Below, piece after piece: positions 40,891-53,217 of a DNA stretch of 64,000 nt (position 1 is its first letter; every line of letters starts with the position of its first letter). The translations under genes were made by a program, and so were the position numbers. The stretch lies in assembly GCF_057098645.1 (NCBI RefSeq), contig NZ_CM169472.1. One strand, written 5' to 3'. The notes below the pieces were generated by a model. That model had not been told where the DNA came from. It saw only the letters and a program-made list of their open reading frames with translations, and ran no database searches.

Positions 40891-42564
40891 ATGACTGAAT
40901 CTTTTGCTCAACTCTTTGAAGAGTCCTTAAAAGAAATCGAAACCCGCCCGGGTTCTATCGTTCGTGGCGTTGTTGTTGCTATCGACAAAGACGTAGTACT
41001 GGTTGACGCTGGTCTGAAATCTGAGTCCGCCATCCCGGCTGAGCAGTTCAAAAACGCCCAGGGCGAGCTGGAAATCCAGGTAGGTGACGAAGTTGACGTT
41101 GCTCTGGACGCAGTAGAAGACGGCTTCGGTGAAACTCTGCTGTCCCGTGAGAAAGCTAAACGTCACGAAGCCTGGATCACGCTGGAAAAAGCTTACGAAG
41201 ATGCTGAAACTGTTACCGGTGTTATCAACGGCAAAGTTAAGGGCGGCTTCACTGTTGAGCTGAACGGTATTCGTGCGTTCCTGCCAGGTTCTCTGGTAGA
41301 CGTTCGTCCGGTGCGTGACACTCTGCACCTGGAAGGCAAAGAGCTTGAATTCAAAGTAATCAAGCTGGATCAGAAGCGCAACAACGTTGTTGTTTCTCGT
41401 CGTGCCGTTATCGAATCCGAAAACAGCGCAGAGCGCGATCAGCTGCTGGAAAACCTGCAGGAAGGCATGGAAGTTAAAGGTATCGTTAAGAACCTCACTG
41501 ACTACGGTGCATTCGTTGATCTGGGCGGCGTTGACGGCCTGCTGCACATCACTGACATGGCCTGGAAACGCGTTAAGCATCCGAGCGAAATCGTCAACGT
41601 GGGCGACGAAATCACTGTTAAAGTGCTGAAGTTCGACCGCGAACGTACCCGTGTATCCCTGGGCCTGAAACAGCTGGGCGAAGATCCGTGGGTAGCTATC
41701 GCTAAACGTTATCCGGAAGGTACCAAACTGACTGGTCGCGTGACCAACCTGACCGACTACGGCTGCTTCGTTGAAATCGAAGAAGGCGTTGAAGGCCTGG
41801 TACACGTTTCCGAAATGGATTGGACCAACAAAAACATCCACCCGTCCAAAGTTGTTAACGTTGGCGATGTAGTGGAAGTTATGGTTCTGGATATCGACGA
41901 AGAACGTCGTCGTATCTCCCTGGGTCTGAAACAGTGCAAAGCTAACCCGTGGCAGCAGTTCGCGGAAACCCACAACAAGGGCGACCGTGTTGAAGGTAAA
42001 ATCAAGTCTATCACTGACTTCGGTATCTTCATCGGCCTGGACGGCGGCATCGACGGCCTGGTTCACCTGTCTGACATCTCCTGGAACGTTGCAGGCGAAG
42101 AAGCAGTTCGTGAATACAAAAAAGGCGACGAAATCGCTGCAGTTGTTCTGCAGGTTGACGCAGAACGTGAACGTATCTCCCTGGGCGTTAAACAGCTCGC
42201 AGAAGATCCGTTCAACAACTGGGTTGCTCTGAACAAGAAAGGCGCTATCGTAACCGGTAAAGTGACTGCAGTTGACGCTAAAGGCGCAACCGTAGAACTG
42301 GCTGATGGCGTTGAAGGTTACCTGCGTGCTTCTGAAGCATCCCGTGACCGCGTTGAAGACGCTACCCTGGTTCTGAGCGTTGGCGACGAAGTTGAAGCTA
42401 AATTCACCGGCGTTGATCGTAAAAACCGCGCAATCAGCCTGTCTGTACGTGCGAAAGACGAAGCTGACGAGAAAGATGCAATCGCAACTGTTAACAAACA
42501 GGAAGATGCAAACTTCTCCAACAACGCAATGGCTGAAGCTTTCAAAGCAGCTAAAGGCGAGTAA
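40891..42564 (+). CDS. rpsA: 30S ribosomal protein S1
   Basis: 557-aa ORF with repeated S1 domains; highly biased codon usage. Confidence 0.97.
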
Positions 42565-42574
42565 TTCTCTGACT

Positions 42575-42600
42575 CTTCGGGATTTTTATTCCGAAGTTTG
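42575..42600 (+). terminator. rpsA terminator-like hairpin
   Basis: CTTCGGGA-TTTTTA-TTCCGAAG hairpin followed by a T-rich stretch. Confidence 0.5.
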
Positions 42601-42723
42601 TTGAGTTTACTTGACAGATTGCAGGTTTCGTCCTGTAATCAAGCACTAAGGGCGGCTACGGCCGCCCTTAATCAATGCAGCAACAGCAGCCGCTTAATTT
42701 GCCTTTAAGGAACCGGAGGAATC

Positions 42724-43008
42724 ATGACCAAGTCAGAATTGATAGAAAGACTTGCCACCCAGCAATCGCACATTCCCGCCAAGACGGTTGAAGATGCAGT
42801 AAAAGAGATGCTGGAGCATATGGCCTCGACTCTTGCGCAGGGCGAGCGTATTGAAATCCGCGGTTTCGGCAGTTTCTCTTTGCACTACCGCGCACCACGT
42901 ACCGGACGTAATCCGAAGACTGGCGATAAAGTAGAACTGGAAGGAAAATACGTTCCTCACTTTAAACCTGGTAAAGAACTGCGCGATCGCGCCAATATTT
43001 ACGGTTAA
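42724..43008 (+). CDS. ihfB: integration host factor beta subunit
   Basis: 94-aa ORF starting [11 protein letters not shown]. Confidence 0.95.
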
Positions 43009-43034
43009 GTTTTTACTCAAACTTGAACGCGAGA

Positions 43035-43058
43035 AAAGCACCTGTCGGGTGCTTTTTT
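43035..43058 (+). terminator. ihfB intrinsic terminator
   Basis: AAAGCACC-TGTCG-GGTGCTTT hairpin followed by TTTT. Confidence 0.75.
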
Positions 43059-43214
43059 CATTTCTCTAATCAGGAGCTGGAAGCTGCCTCGCAGAGTTTT
43101 GAGCAGTTTTCACCCTTTCGTTAAATTCTTCTGAATGTGCCTCGGGGAACGCAAAATTCCCACCAGACAACCGCTCAACAAAGTTGCACACTTTCCATAA
43201 ACAGGGAGGGGTGC

Positions 43215-45479
43215 ATGAAAATAACGACAGTCGGCGTATGCATAATTTGCGGAATTTTTCCGTTGCTGATTTTGCCCCAATTGCCTGGGACATTAACCCT
43301 TGCGTTTCTGACTCTCTTCGCCTGCGTACTGGCATTTATCCCTGTTAAAACCGTCCGTTATATCGCGCTGACGTTGCTGTTTTTCGTTTGGGGCATATTA
43401 TCAGCAAAGCAAATTTTGTGGGCAGGAGAAACCTTAACTGGCGCGACGCAGGATGCAATTGTTGAGATCACTGCTACTGACGGCATGACCACTCATTATG
43501 GTCAAATTACTTATCTACAAGGTCGACGTATATTCCCTGCGCCAGGCCTTGTGCTGTATGGCGAATATCTTCCGCAAGCGGTTTGTGCCGGACAACTGTG
43601 GTCAATGAAACTCAAAGTTCGTGCCGTTCATGGTCAACTTAATGATGGCGGCTTTGATAGCCAGCGTTATGCCATTGCCCTGCATCAGCCGCTCACCGGC
43701 CGCTTTCTGCAGGCAAGTGTTATTGAACCGAATTGTAGCCTGCGTGCACAGTATCTGGCGTCACTACAAACAACGCTGCAACCCTATCCGTGGAATGCGG
43801 TTATTCTTGGTTTAGGTATGGGGGAACGGTTATCCGTCCCTAAAGAAATCAAAAATATCATGCGTGATACTGGAACGGCGCATTTAATGGCGATATCGGG
43901 ATTGCACATCGCTTTTGCGGCGTTGCTGGCTGCCGGACTCATTCGCAGTGGACAAATTTTTCTGCCTGGGCGCTGGATCCACTGGCAAATGCCATTAATT
44001 GGCGGAATCTGCTGTGCTGCTTTTTATGCCTGGCTGACGGGAATGCAACCTCCTGCATTGCGTACCGTTGTGGCGCTTGCTACGTGGGGAATGCTTAAGT
44101 TAAGTGGGCGACAGTGGAGTGGCTGGGATGTATGGATATGTTGTCTGGCGGCAATTTTGCTGATGGATCCTGTTGCCATTCTCTCGCAAAGTTTATGGCT
44201 CTCTGCCGCTGCGGTCGCGGCATTGATATTTTGGTATCAGTGGTTTCCCTGTCCTGAGTGGCAACTGCCGCCGGTATTGCGTGCAGTTGTTTCCCTCATC
44301 CATCTGCAACTGGGAATCACACTTCTGCTTATGCCCGTGCAAATCGTCATATTTCATGGCATTAGCCTGACCTCGTTTATTGCAAATCTATTAGCTATTC
44401 CCTTGGTGACATTTATCACGGTTCCGTTGATCCTCGCCGCGATGGTTGTGCATTTAAGCGGGCCGTTAATCCTGGAGCAAGGGTTATGGTTTCTTGCCGA
44501 CCGGTCTTTGGCTTTACTTTTCTGGGGGTTAAAGAGTTTGCCAGAAGGGTGGATCAACATTGCTGAACGTTGGCAATGGCTATCATTTTCCCCATGGTTC
44601 TTACTGGTGGTATGGCGATTAAACGCCTGGCGAACGTTGCCAGCAATGTGTGTGGCTGTAGGCTTGCTGATGTGCTGGCCGCTGTGGCAAAAACCTCGAC
44701 CTGACGAGTGGCAAGTGTACATGCTTGATGTCGGGCAAGGGCTGGCAATGGTGATAGCCAGAAACGGCAAAGCGATTCTCTATGACACGGGACTGGCCTG
44801 GCCTGAAGGGGATAGTGGGCAACAACTGATTATCCCCTGGCTCCACTGGCATAATCTTGAACCGGAAGGCGTTATTCTGAGTCATGAACATCTGGATCAC
44901 CGGGGAGGGCTGGACTCAATATTGCACACATGGCCGATGTTATGGATCAGAAGTCCGTTAAACTGGGAACATCATCAGCCCTGTGTGCGTGGCGAAGCAT
45001 GGCAATGGCAAGGATTGCGTTTCAGCGTGCACTGGCCTTTACAAGCTAGCAACGATAAAGGAAATAACCATTCCTGTGTGGTTAAGGTTGATGACGGGAC
45101 GAATAGCATTCTTCTAACCGGTGATATTGAAGTCCCCGCTGAACAAAAGATGCTAAGCCGTTACTGGCAGCAAGTGCAGGCAACATTGCTTCAGGTACCT
45201 CACCATGGCAGTAATACCTCATCATCGTTGCCATTAATTCAGCGAGTGAATGGAAAAGTGGCACTCGCATCGGCATCGCGCTATAACGCATGGCGACTGC
45301 CCTCTAACAAAGTTAAGCATCGCTATCAACAACAGGGTTATACGTGGCTTGATACTCCTCATCAGGGGCAAGTAACGGTCGATTTTTCAGCGCAAGGCTG
45401 GCGGATTAGCAGCCTCAGGGAGCAAATTTTACCTCGTTGGTATCATCAGTGGTTTGGCGTGCCAGTGGATAACGGGTAG
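43215..45479 (+). CDS. ycaI: ComEC/Rec2-family inner membrane protein YcaI
   Basis: polytopic N-terminus plus C-terminal metallo-beta-lactamase-like HxHxDH motif; start trimmed from ORF-track 43137. Confidence 0.88.
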   Translation: MKITTVGVCIICGIFPLLILPQLPGTLTLAFLTLFACVLAFIPVKTVRYIALTLLFFVWGILSAKQILWAGETLTGATQDAIVEITATDGMTTHYGQITYLQGRRIFPAPGLVLYGEYLPQAVCAGQLWSMKLKVRAVHGQLNDGGFDSQRYAIALHQPLTGRFLQASVIEPNCSLRAQYLASLQTTLQPYPWNAVILGLGMGERLSVPKEIKNIMRDTGTAHLMAISGLHIAFAALLAAGLIRSGQIFLPGRWIHWQMPLIGGICCAAFYAWLTGMQPPALRTVVALATWGMLKLSGRQWSGWDVWICCLAAILLMDPVAILSQSLWLSAAAVAALIFWYQWFPCPEWQLPPVLRAVVSLIHLQLGITLLLMPVQIVIFHGISLTSFIANLLAIPLVTFITVPLILAAMVVHLSGPLILEQGLWFLADRSLALLFWGLKSLPEGWINIAERWQWLSFSPWFLLVVWRLNAWRTLPAMCVAVGLLMCWPLWQKPRPDEWQVYMLDVGQGLAMVIARNGKAILYDTGLAWPEGDSGQQLIIPWLHWHNLEPEGVILSHEHLDHRGGLDSILHTWPMLWIRSPLNWEHHQPCVRGEAWQWQGLRFSVHWPLQASNDKGNNHSCVVKVDDGTNSILLTGDIEVPAEQKMLSRYWQQVQATLLQVPHHGSNTSSSLPLIQRVNGKVALASASRYNAWRLPSNKVKHRYQQQGYTWLDTPHQGQVTVDFSAQGWRISSLREQILPRWYHQWFGVPVDNG

Positions 45480-45515
45480 AATATGCGGCTATTTCAACAA
45501 ATGCTGGTTTTTTGA

Positions 45516-47264
45516 ATGCATAACGACAAAGATCTCTCTACGTGGCAGACATTCCGCCGACTGTGGCCAACCATTGCGCCTTTTAAAGCGGGTCTGATCG
45601 TGGCGGGCGTAGCGTTAATCCTCAACGCAGCCAGCGATACCTTCATGTTATCGCTCCTTAAGCCACTTCTTGATGATGGCTTTGGTAAAACAGATCGCTC
45701 CGTGCTGGTGTGGATGCCGCTGGTGGTGATCGGGCTGATGATTTTGCGTGGTATCACCAGCTATGTCTCCAGCTACTGTATCTCCTGGGTATCAGGAAAG
45801 GTGGTAATGACCATGCGTCGCCGCCTGTTTGGTCACATGATGGGAATGCCGGTTTCATTCTTTGACAAACAGTCAACGGGTACGCTGTTGTCACGTATCA
45901 CCTACGATTCCGAACAGGTTGCTTCTTCCTCTTCCGGCGCACTGATTACTGTTGTGCGTGAAGGTGCGTCGATCATCGGCCTGTTCATCATGATGTTCTA
46001 TTACAGTTGGCAATTGTCGATCATTTTGATTGTGCTGGCACCGATTGTTTCGATTGCGATTCGCGTAGTATCGAAGCGTTTTCGCAACATCAGTAAAAAC
46101 ATGCAGAACACCATGGGGCAGGTGACCACCAGCGCTGAACAAATGCTGAAAGGCCATAAAGAAGTATTGATTTTCGGTGGTCAGGAAGTGGAAACGAAAC
46201 GCTTCGATAAAGTCAGCAACCGAATGCGTCTTCAGGGGATGAAAATGGTTTCAGCCTCTTCCATCTCTGATCCGATCATTCAGCTGATCGCCTCTTTGGC
46301 GCTGGCGTTTGTTCTGTATGCGGCGAGCTTCCCAAGTGTCATGGATAGCCTGACTGCCGGTACGATTACCGTTGTTTTCTCTTCAATGATTGCACTGATG
46401 CGTCCGCTGAAATCGCTGACCAACGTTAACGCCCAGTTCCAGCGCGGTATGGCGGCTTGTCAGACGCTGTTTACCATTCTGGACAGTGAGCAGGAGAAAG
46501 ACGAAGGTAAGCGCGTGCTCGAGCGTGCGACTGGCGACGTGGAATTCCGCAACGTCACCTTTACTTATCCGGGACGTGACGTACCCGCATTGCGTAACAT
46601 CAACCTGAAAATTCCGGCAGGGAAGACGGTTGCTCTGGTTGGACGCTCTGGTTCAGGTAAATCAACCATCGCCAGCCTGATCACGCGTTTTTACGATATT
46701 GATGAAGGCGAAATCCTGATGGATGGTCACGATCTGCGCGAGTATACTCTGGCGTCGTTACGTAACCAGGTTGCTCTGGTGTCGCAGAATGTCCATCTGT
46801 TTAACGATACGGTTGCTAACAACATTGCTTACGCACGGACTGAACAGTACAGCCGTGAGCAAATTGAAGAAGCGGCGCGTATGGCCTACGCCATGGACTT
46901 CATCAATAAGATGGATAACGGTCTCGATACAGTGATTGGTGAAAACGGCGTGCTGCTCTCTGGCGGTCAGCGTCAGCGTATTGCTATCGCTCGAGCCTTG
47001 TTGCGTGATAGCCCGATTCTGATTCTGGATGAAGCTACCTCGGCTCTGGATACCGAATCCGAACGTGCGATTCAGGCGGCACTGGATGAGTTGCAGAAAA
47101 ACCGTACCTCTCTGGTGATTGCCCACCGCTTGTCTACCATTGAAAAGGCAGACGAAATCGTGGTCGTCGAGGATGGTGTCATTGTGGAACGCGGTACGCA
47201 TAACGATTTGCTTGAGCACCGCGGCGTTTACGCGCAACTTCACAAAATGCAGTTTGGCCAATGA
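45516..47264 (+). CDS. msbA: lipid A flippase, ABC transporter MsbA
   Basis: 582-aa ORF; Walker [10 protein letters not shown] and ABC signature LSGGQRQR. Confidence 0.95.
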   Translation: MHNDKDLSTWQTFRRLWPTIAPFKAGLIVAGVALILNAASDTFMLSLLKPLLDDGFGKTDRSVLVWMPLVVIGLMILRGITSYVSSYCISWVSGKVVMTMRRRLFGHMMGMPVSFFDKQSTGTLLSRITYDSEQVASSSSGALITVVREGASIIGLFIMMFYYSWQLSIILIVLAPIVSIAIRVVSKRFRNISKNMQNTMGQVTTSAEQMLKGHKEVLIFGGQEVETKRFDKVSNRMRLQGMKMVSASSISDPIIQLIASLALAFVLYAASFPSVMDSLTAGTITVVFSSMIALMRPLKSLTNVNAQFQRGMAACQTLFTILDSEQEKDEGKRVLERATGDVEFRNVTFTYPGRDVPALRNINLKIPAGKTVALVGRSGSGKSTIASLITRFYDIDEGEILMDGHDLREYTLASLRNQVALVSQNVHLFNDTVANNIAYARTEQYSREQIEEAARMAYAMDFINKMDNGLDTVIGENGVLLSGGQRQRIAIARALLRDSPILILDEATSALDTESERAIQAALDELQKNRTSLVIAHRLSTIEKADEIVVVEDGVIVERGTHNDLLEHRGVYAQLHKMQFGQ

Positions 47265-48247
47265 TCGAAAAAATCTGGTCTGGTGAATCCCCTTTGTGGC
47301 GGCTATTGCTGCCACTCTCCTGGTTGTATGGCCTGGTGAGTGGCGCGATCCGTCTTTGCTATAAACTAAAACTGAAGCGCGCCTGGCGTGCCCCCGTACC
47401 GGTTGTCGTGGTTGGTAATCTCACCGCAGGCGGCAACGGAAAAACCCCGGTCGTTGTCTGGCTGGTGGAACAGTTGCAACAGCGCGGTATTCGCGTGGGG
47501 GTCGTGTCCCGGGGATATGGTGGTAAGGCTGAATCTTATCCGCTGTTATTGTCGGCAGATACCACCACAGCACAGGCGGGTGATGAACCTGTGTTGATTT
47601 ATCAACGCACTGGCGCGCCCGTTGCGGTTTCTCCCGTGCGTTCTGATGCGGTAAAAGCCATTCTGGCGCAACACCCTGATGTGCAGATCATCGTAACCGA
47701 CGACGGTTTACAGCATTACCGTCTGGCGCGTGATGTGGAAATTGTCGTTGTTGATGGTGTGCGTCGCTTTGGCAATGGCTGGTGGTTGCCGGCGGGGCCA
47801 ATGCGTGAGCGAGTGGGGCGCTTAAAGTCAGTTGATGCGGTAATCGTCAACGGCGGTGTCCCCCGCAGCGGTGAAATCCCCATGCATCTGCTGCCGGGTC
47901 AGGCGGTGAATTTACGTACTGGTACGCGTTGTGACGTTGCTCAGCTTGAACATGTGGTGGCGATGGCAGGGATTGGGCATCCGCCGCGCTTTTTTGCCAC
48001 GCTGAAGATGTGCGGCGTACAACCGGAAAAATGTGTACCGCTGGCCGATCATCAGTCTTTGAACCATGCGGATGTCAGCGCGTTGGTAAGCACCGGGCAA
48101 ACGCTGGTAATGACTGAAAAAGATGCGGTGAAATGCCGGGCCTTTGCAGAAGAAAATTGGTGGTATTTGCCCGTTGACGCACAGCTTTCAGGTGATGAAC
48201 CAGCGAAACTGCTTGCGCAACTAACCTCGCTGGCTTCTGGCAACTAG
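47261..48247 (+). CDS. lpxK: tetraacyldisaccharide 4'-kinase
   Basis: 328-aa ORF overlapping the msbA stop; P-loop [11 protein letters not shown]. Confidence 0.93.
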   Translation: MIEKIWSGESPLWRLLLPLSWLYGLVSGAIRLCYKLKLKRAWRAPVPVVVVGNLTAGGNGKTPVVVWLVEQLQQRGIRVGVVSRGYGGKAESYPLLLSADTTTAQAGDEPVLIYQRTGAPVAVSPVRSDAVKAILAQHPDVQIIVTDDGLQHYRLARDVEIVVVDGVRRFGNGWWLPAGPMRERVGRLKSVDAVIVNGGVPRSGEIPMHLLPGQAVNLRTGTRCDVAQLEHVVAMAGIGHPPRFFATLKMCGVQPEKCVPLADHQSLNHADVSALVSTGQTLVMTEKDAVKCRAFAEENWWYLPVDAQLSGDEPAKLLAQLTSLASGN

Positions 48248-48283
48248 TTACGCCGCGGCAGCGTTCGATTGATGGAGTCATGA

Positions 48284-49516
48284 ATGTCGCTGCCGCACCT
48301 CTCCCTTGCTGATGCGCGTAATCTTCACCTTGCCGCGCAAGGCCTGTTAAACAAACCCCGCCGTCGAGCGTCGTTGGAGGATATTCCGGCAACGATCTCC
48401 CGCATGTCCTTGCTGCAAATCGATACCATCAATATTGTTGCCCGTAGCCCATATCTGGTGCTTTTCAGTCGTCTGGGAAATTATCCTGCCCAGTGGCTAG
48501 ATGAGTCTCTGGCGCGTGGCGAATTAATGGAATACTGGGCGCATGAAGCCTGCTTTATGCCACGCAGCGACTTTCGTCTTATTCGCCACCGCATGCAGGC
48601 ACCTGAAAAAATGGGCTGGAAATACAAAGACGCCTGGATGCAGGAACATGAGGCGGAAATTGCACAGTTAATTCAGCATATTCATGATAAGGGGCCGGTA
48701 CGTTCAGCCGATTTTGAGCATCCTCGTAAAGGTGCAAGCGGCTGGTGGGAATGGAAGCCGCATAAACGGCATCTGGAAGGTTTATTTACTGCCGGAAAGG
48801 TGATGGTGATTGAACGGCGCAACTTCCAGCGCGTTTATGATTTAACCCACCGTGTCATGCCTGACTGGGATGATGAGCGCGATCTCGTTTCGCAAACAGA
48901 AGCAGAAATCATCATGCTGGATAACAGTGCGCGTAGCCTGGGAATATTCCGCGAACAGTGGCTGGCAGATTACTATCGGCTGAAACGTCCGGCACTGGCG
49001 GCGTGGCGTGAAGCGAGGGCTGAACAGCAGCAAATCATTGCTGTGCATGTTGAAAAATTGGGCAATCTTTGGCTGCATGCTGATTTGCTGCCGCTACTCG
49101 AGCGAGCGCTGGCCGGAAAGCTCACTGCAACGCACAGCGCGGTACTTTCGCCTTTTGATCCTGTTGTCTGGGATCGCAAACGCGCAGAGCAGCTTTTTGA
49201 TTTTAGCTACCGGCTGGAGTGCTATACCCCAGCGCCGAAACGTCAGTATGGCTATTTTGTTCTGCCATTATTACATCGTGGGCAATTAGTTGGGCGAATG
49301 GATGCCAAAATGCATCGCAAGACAGGCATCCTTGAAGTTATCTCTCTGTGGTTACAGGAAGGCATTAAACCAACGACAATGCTGCAAAAAGGGTTACGTC
49401 AGGCGATTACTGATTTCGCGAGCTGGCAGCAGGCAACGCGGGTGACATTAGGACGCTGCCCGCAAGGTCTCTTTACTGATTGCCGCACTGGCTGGGAAAT
49501 AGACTCCGTCGCATAA
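48284..49516 (+). CDS. ycaQ: winged-helix DNA glycosylase YcaQ
   Basis: 410-aa ORF in conserved position. Confidence 0.88.
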   Translation: MSLPHLSLADARNLHLAAQGLLNKPRRRASLEDIPATISRMSLLQIDTINIVARSPYLVLFSRLGNYPAQWLDESLARGELMEYWAHEACFMPRSDFRLIRHRMQAPEKMGWKYKDAWMQEHEAEIAQLIQHIHDKGPVRSADFEHPRKGASGWWEWKPHKRHLEGLFTAGKVMVIERRNFQRVYDLTHRVMPDWDDERDLVSQTEAEIIMLDNSARSLGIFREQWLADYYRLKRPALAAWREARAEQQQIIAVHVEKLGNLWLHADLLPLLERALAGKLTATHSAVLSPFDPVVWDRKRAEQLFDFSYRLECYTPAPKRQYGYFVLPLLHRGQLVGRMDAKMHRKTGILEVISLWLQEGIKPTTMLQKGLRQAITDFASWQQATRVTLGRCPQGLFTDCRTGWEIDSVA

Positions 49517-49567
49517 ATGATTATGATAAGATTTATGCATTCATAACCCGATCCATCTGGAGGAACT

Positions 49568-50493
<926 letters not shown>

Positions 50494-50646
50494 TTTCACT
50501 TCACGACACTTCAGCCAATTTTGGGAGGAGTGTCGTACCGTTACGATTTTCCTCAATTTTTCTTTTCAACAATTGATCTCATTCAGGTGACATCTTTTAT
50601 ATTGGCGCTCATTATGAAAGCAGTAGCTTTTATGAGGGTAATCTGA

Positions 50647-51540
50647 ATGGAACAGCTGCGTGCCGAATTAAGCCATTTACTGGGCGAAAAACTCAGTCGT
50701 ATTGAGTGCGTCAATGAAAAAGCGGATACGGCGTTGTGGGCTTTGTATGACAGCCAGGGAAACCCAATGCCGTTAATGGCAAGAAGCTTTAGTACGCCCG
50801 GAAAAGCCCGACAACTGGCATGGAAAACCACCATGCTGGCAAGAAGTGGGACTGTCCGTATGCCGACTATTTATGGTGTGATGACGCATGAAGAACACCC
50901 CGGCCCCGATGTCCTGCTACTGGAGCGGATGCGTGGTGTTTCGGTGGAGGCACCAGCCCGAACACCAGAACGCTGGGAACAACTCAAAGACCAAATCGTT
51001 GAAGCCTTACTGGCCTGGCACCGTCAGGACAGTCGCGGTTGCGTCGGCGCGGTCGACAATACTCAGGAAAATTTCTGGCCCTCATGGTACCGGCAACATG
51101 TTGAAGTGCTATGGACCACGCTCAATCAGTTCAATAACACCGGTCTGACGATGCAGGATAAGCGGATCCTGTTTCGCACTCGCGAATGTCTCCCGGCATT
51201 ATTTGAAGGCTTTAACGACAATAGTGTGTTGATTCACGGTAACTTCTGTTTACGCAGCATGCTGAAAGATTCGCGCAGCGATCAGTTACTGGCGATGGTC
51301 GGGCCGGGACTAATGCTTTGGGCACCGCGAGAATACGAACTGTTCCGACTAATGGATAATTCTCTGGCGGAAGATTTGCTCTGGAGTTACCTGCAACGCG
51401 CGCCAGTGGCGGAGTCGTTCATCTGGCGGCGTTGGTTGTATGTGTTATGGGATGAAGTTGCGCAACTGGTTAATACCGGACGATTTAGTCGGCGCAACTT
51501 CGATCTGGCATCAAAATCACTCTTGCCGTGGCTCGCCTGA
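50647..51540 (+). CDS. ycbJ: putative phosphotransferase/kinase-like protein YcbJ
   Basis: 297-aa ORF in conserved position. Confidence 0.85.
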   Translation: MEQLRAELSHLLGEKLSRIECVNEKADTALWALYDSQGNPMPLMARSFSTPGKARQLAWKTTMLARSGTVRMPTIYGVMTHEEHPGPDVLLLERMRGVSVEAPARTPERWEQLKDQIVEALLAWHRQDSRGCVGAVDNTQENFWPSWYRQHVEVLWTTLNQFNNTGLTMQDKRILFRTRECLPALFEGFNDNSVLIHGNFCLRSMLKDSRSDQLLAMVGPGLMLWAPREYELFRLMDNSLAEDLLWSYLQRAPVAESFIWRRWLYVLWDEVAQLVNTGRFSRRNFDLASKSLLPWLA

Positions 51541-52296
51541 CGAACCTTTTAGCCACTGCCAGATACGGCCAAGCGTTTCATAGCCAACACGATCGCTATG
51601 CATCAACCAGACCGGAGAAGGGATTGCCCGTTCCCACGGGTTAAGCGGCGAGTCGATGGCCAGCTGATTCGCCGGGGCTGGTAGCGGATTTAACCCTTCC
51701 TGCTGAAAAAAGATCATCGCCCGCGGCAGATGTGACGCGGAGGTCACCAGCAGGAAAGGGGCGTCACCAATCGCCTGTTTCACTGCCGCAGCTTCTTCTT
51801 CGGTATCTTTTGGCAAATCCAGGGTGATAATTTGCTCGCGCGGCACGCCCAGCGATTGCGCAACTCTGGCACCTACTTCCGCTGTACTCACCGTATTGGT
51901 TTTTGCTACACCTCCCGTGAAGATCAGTTTTGATCCCGGATTTTCGCGCCATAAGCGAATGCCTTCATTCAGGCGTGGCAGACTGTTATTGATTAAATTA
52001 GAGCTCGGTGCCCACTGCGGGTTCCAGGTATAACCACCTCCGAGCACCACGATATAGTCCACTTTTTGCGAATTATTCCATGTCGGATAGGTGCTTTCGA
52101 TGGGACGCAGCAGGCGGTCGGCTACCGGTTGCAAACTCAATAACAAGAGTGCCAGCCACCCAATGCTAATAAAAATCTTCCCGGTTTTTTGAAAACGGCT
52201 AAACCACAGCAGTGCCAGGCCAGCGCCAATAATTAACAACATCAGCGGAAGTGGCAGCAACATATTGCCAATCACTTTTTTCAGTGTAAAAAGCAT
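51517..52296 (-). CDS. elyC: envelope biogenesis factor ElyC (DUF218)
   Basis: 259-aa ORF with N-terminal TM helix; convergent 24-nt overlap with ycbJ. Confidence 0.88.
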   Translation of the reverse strand: MLFTLKKVIGNMLLPLPLMLLIIGAGLALLWFSRFQKTGKIFISIGWLALLLLSLQPVADRLLRPIESTYPTWNNSQKVDYIVVLGGGYTWNPQWAPSSNLINNSLPRLNEGIRLWRENPGSKLIFTGGVAKTNTVSTAEVGARVAQSLGVPREQIITLDLPKDTEEEAAAVKQAIGDAPFLLVTSASHLPRAMIFFQQEGLNPLPAPANQLAIDSPLNPWERAIPSPVWLMHSDRVGYETLGRIWQWLKGSSGEPRQE

Positions 52297-52431
52297 CCTT
52301 TCTGGTTCCTTTTTTAACCATATAGCAAGGGATCGCCAGCGATATTACACCAGACGGGTTCATTCTCGCCGTGGCTGTGACAAAATAGCGTCTTTATCAG
52401 AAAACGTCTTAGCCAACCGGTGGAGAAAGCA

Positions 52432-53217
52432 ATGCAGGATCGCAATTTTGATGATATTGCGGAAAAGTTTTCCCGTAACATTTACGGCACCACCAAAGGG
52501 CAGCTTCGACAGGCTATTCTGTGGCAGGATCTCGATCGCGTGCTGGCGGAAATGGGCCCGCAAAAACTGCGTGTGCTGGATGCGGGCGGTGGAGAAGGGC
52601 AGACTGCAATCAAAATGGCCGAGCGTGGGCATCAGGTTATTTTATGCGATCTTTCTGCGCAGATGATCGACCGCGCAAAACAGGCGGCAGAAGCAAAAGG
52701 TGTGAGCGACAACATGCAATTTATACATTGCGCCGCTCAGGATGTTGCTTCGCATTTGGAAACGCCCGTTGATCTGATATTGTTCCATGCGGTGCTCGAG
52801 TGGGTGGCTGATCCCCGCAGCGTATTGCAGACCTTGTGGTCAGTGTTGCGTCCAGGCGGCGTGTTGTCGTTAATGTTCTACAATGCGCATGGTTTGTTGA
52901 TGCATAACATGGTTGCCGGGAATTTTGATTACGTGCAGGCGGGAATGCCGAAAAAGAAAAAACGGACGCTTTCGCCAGATTATCCACGCGACCCGACGCA
53001 GGTTTATCTGTGGCTGGAAGAAGCTGGTTGGCAAATTATGGGTAAGACAGGCGTTCGCGTGTTTCATGATTATCTGCGCGAGAAGCACCAGCAGCGCGAC
53101 TGCTATGAAGCATTACTTGAATTAGAAACGCGTTATTGCCGTCAGGAACCGTATATTACCCTGGGGCGTTATATTCATGTCACCGCGCGCAAACCGCAGA
53201 GCAAGGATAAAGTATGA
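52432..53217 (+). CDS. cmoM: tRNA cmo5U methyltransferase CmoM (formerly SmtA)
   Basis: SAM-methyltransferase motif VLDAGGGEG; start trimmed from ORF-track 52420. Confidence 0.9.

Noticed and set aside
40927-42066. 379-aa ORF antisense to rpsA
   Set aside because: Shadow ORF inside a highly expressed ribosomal protein gene; the sense strand encodes S1.
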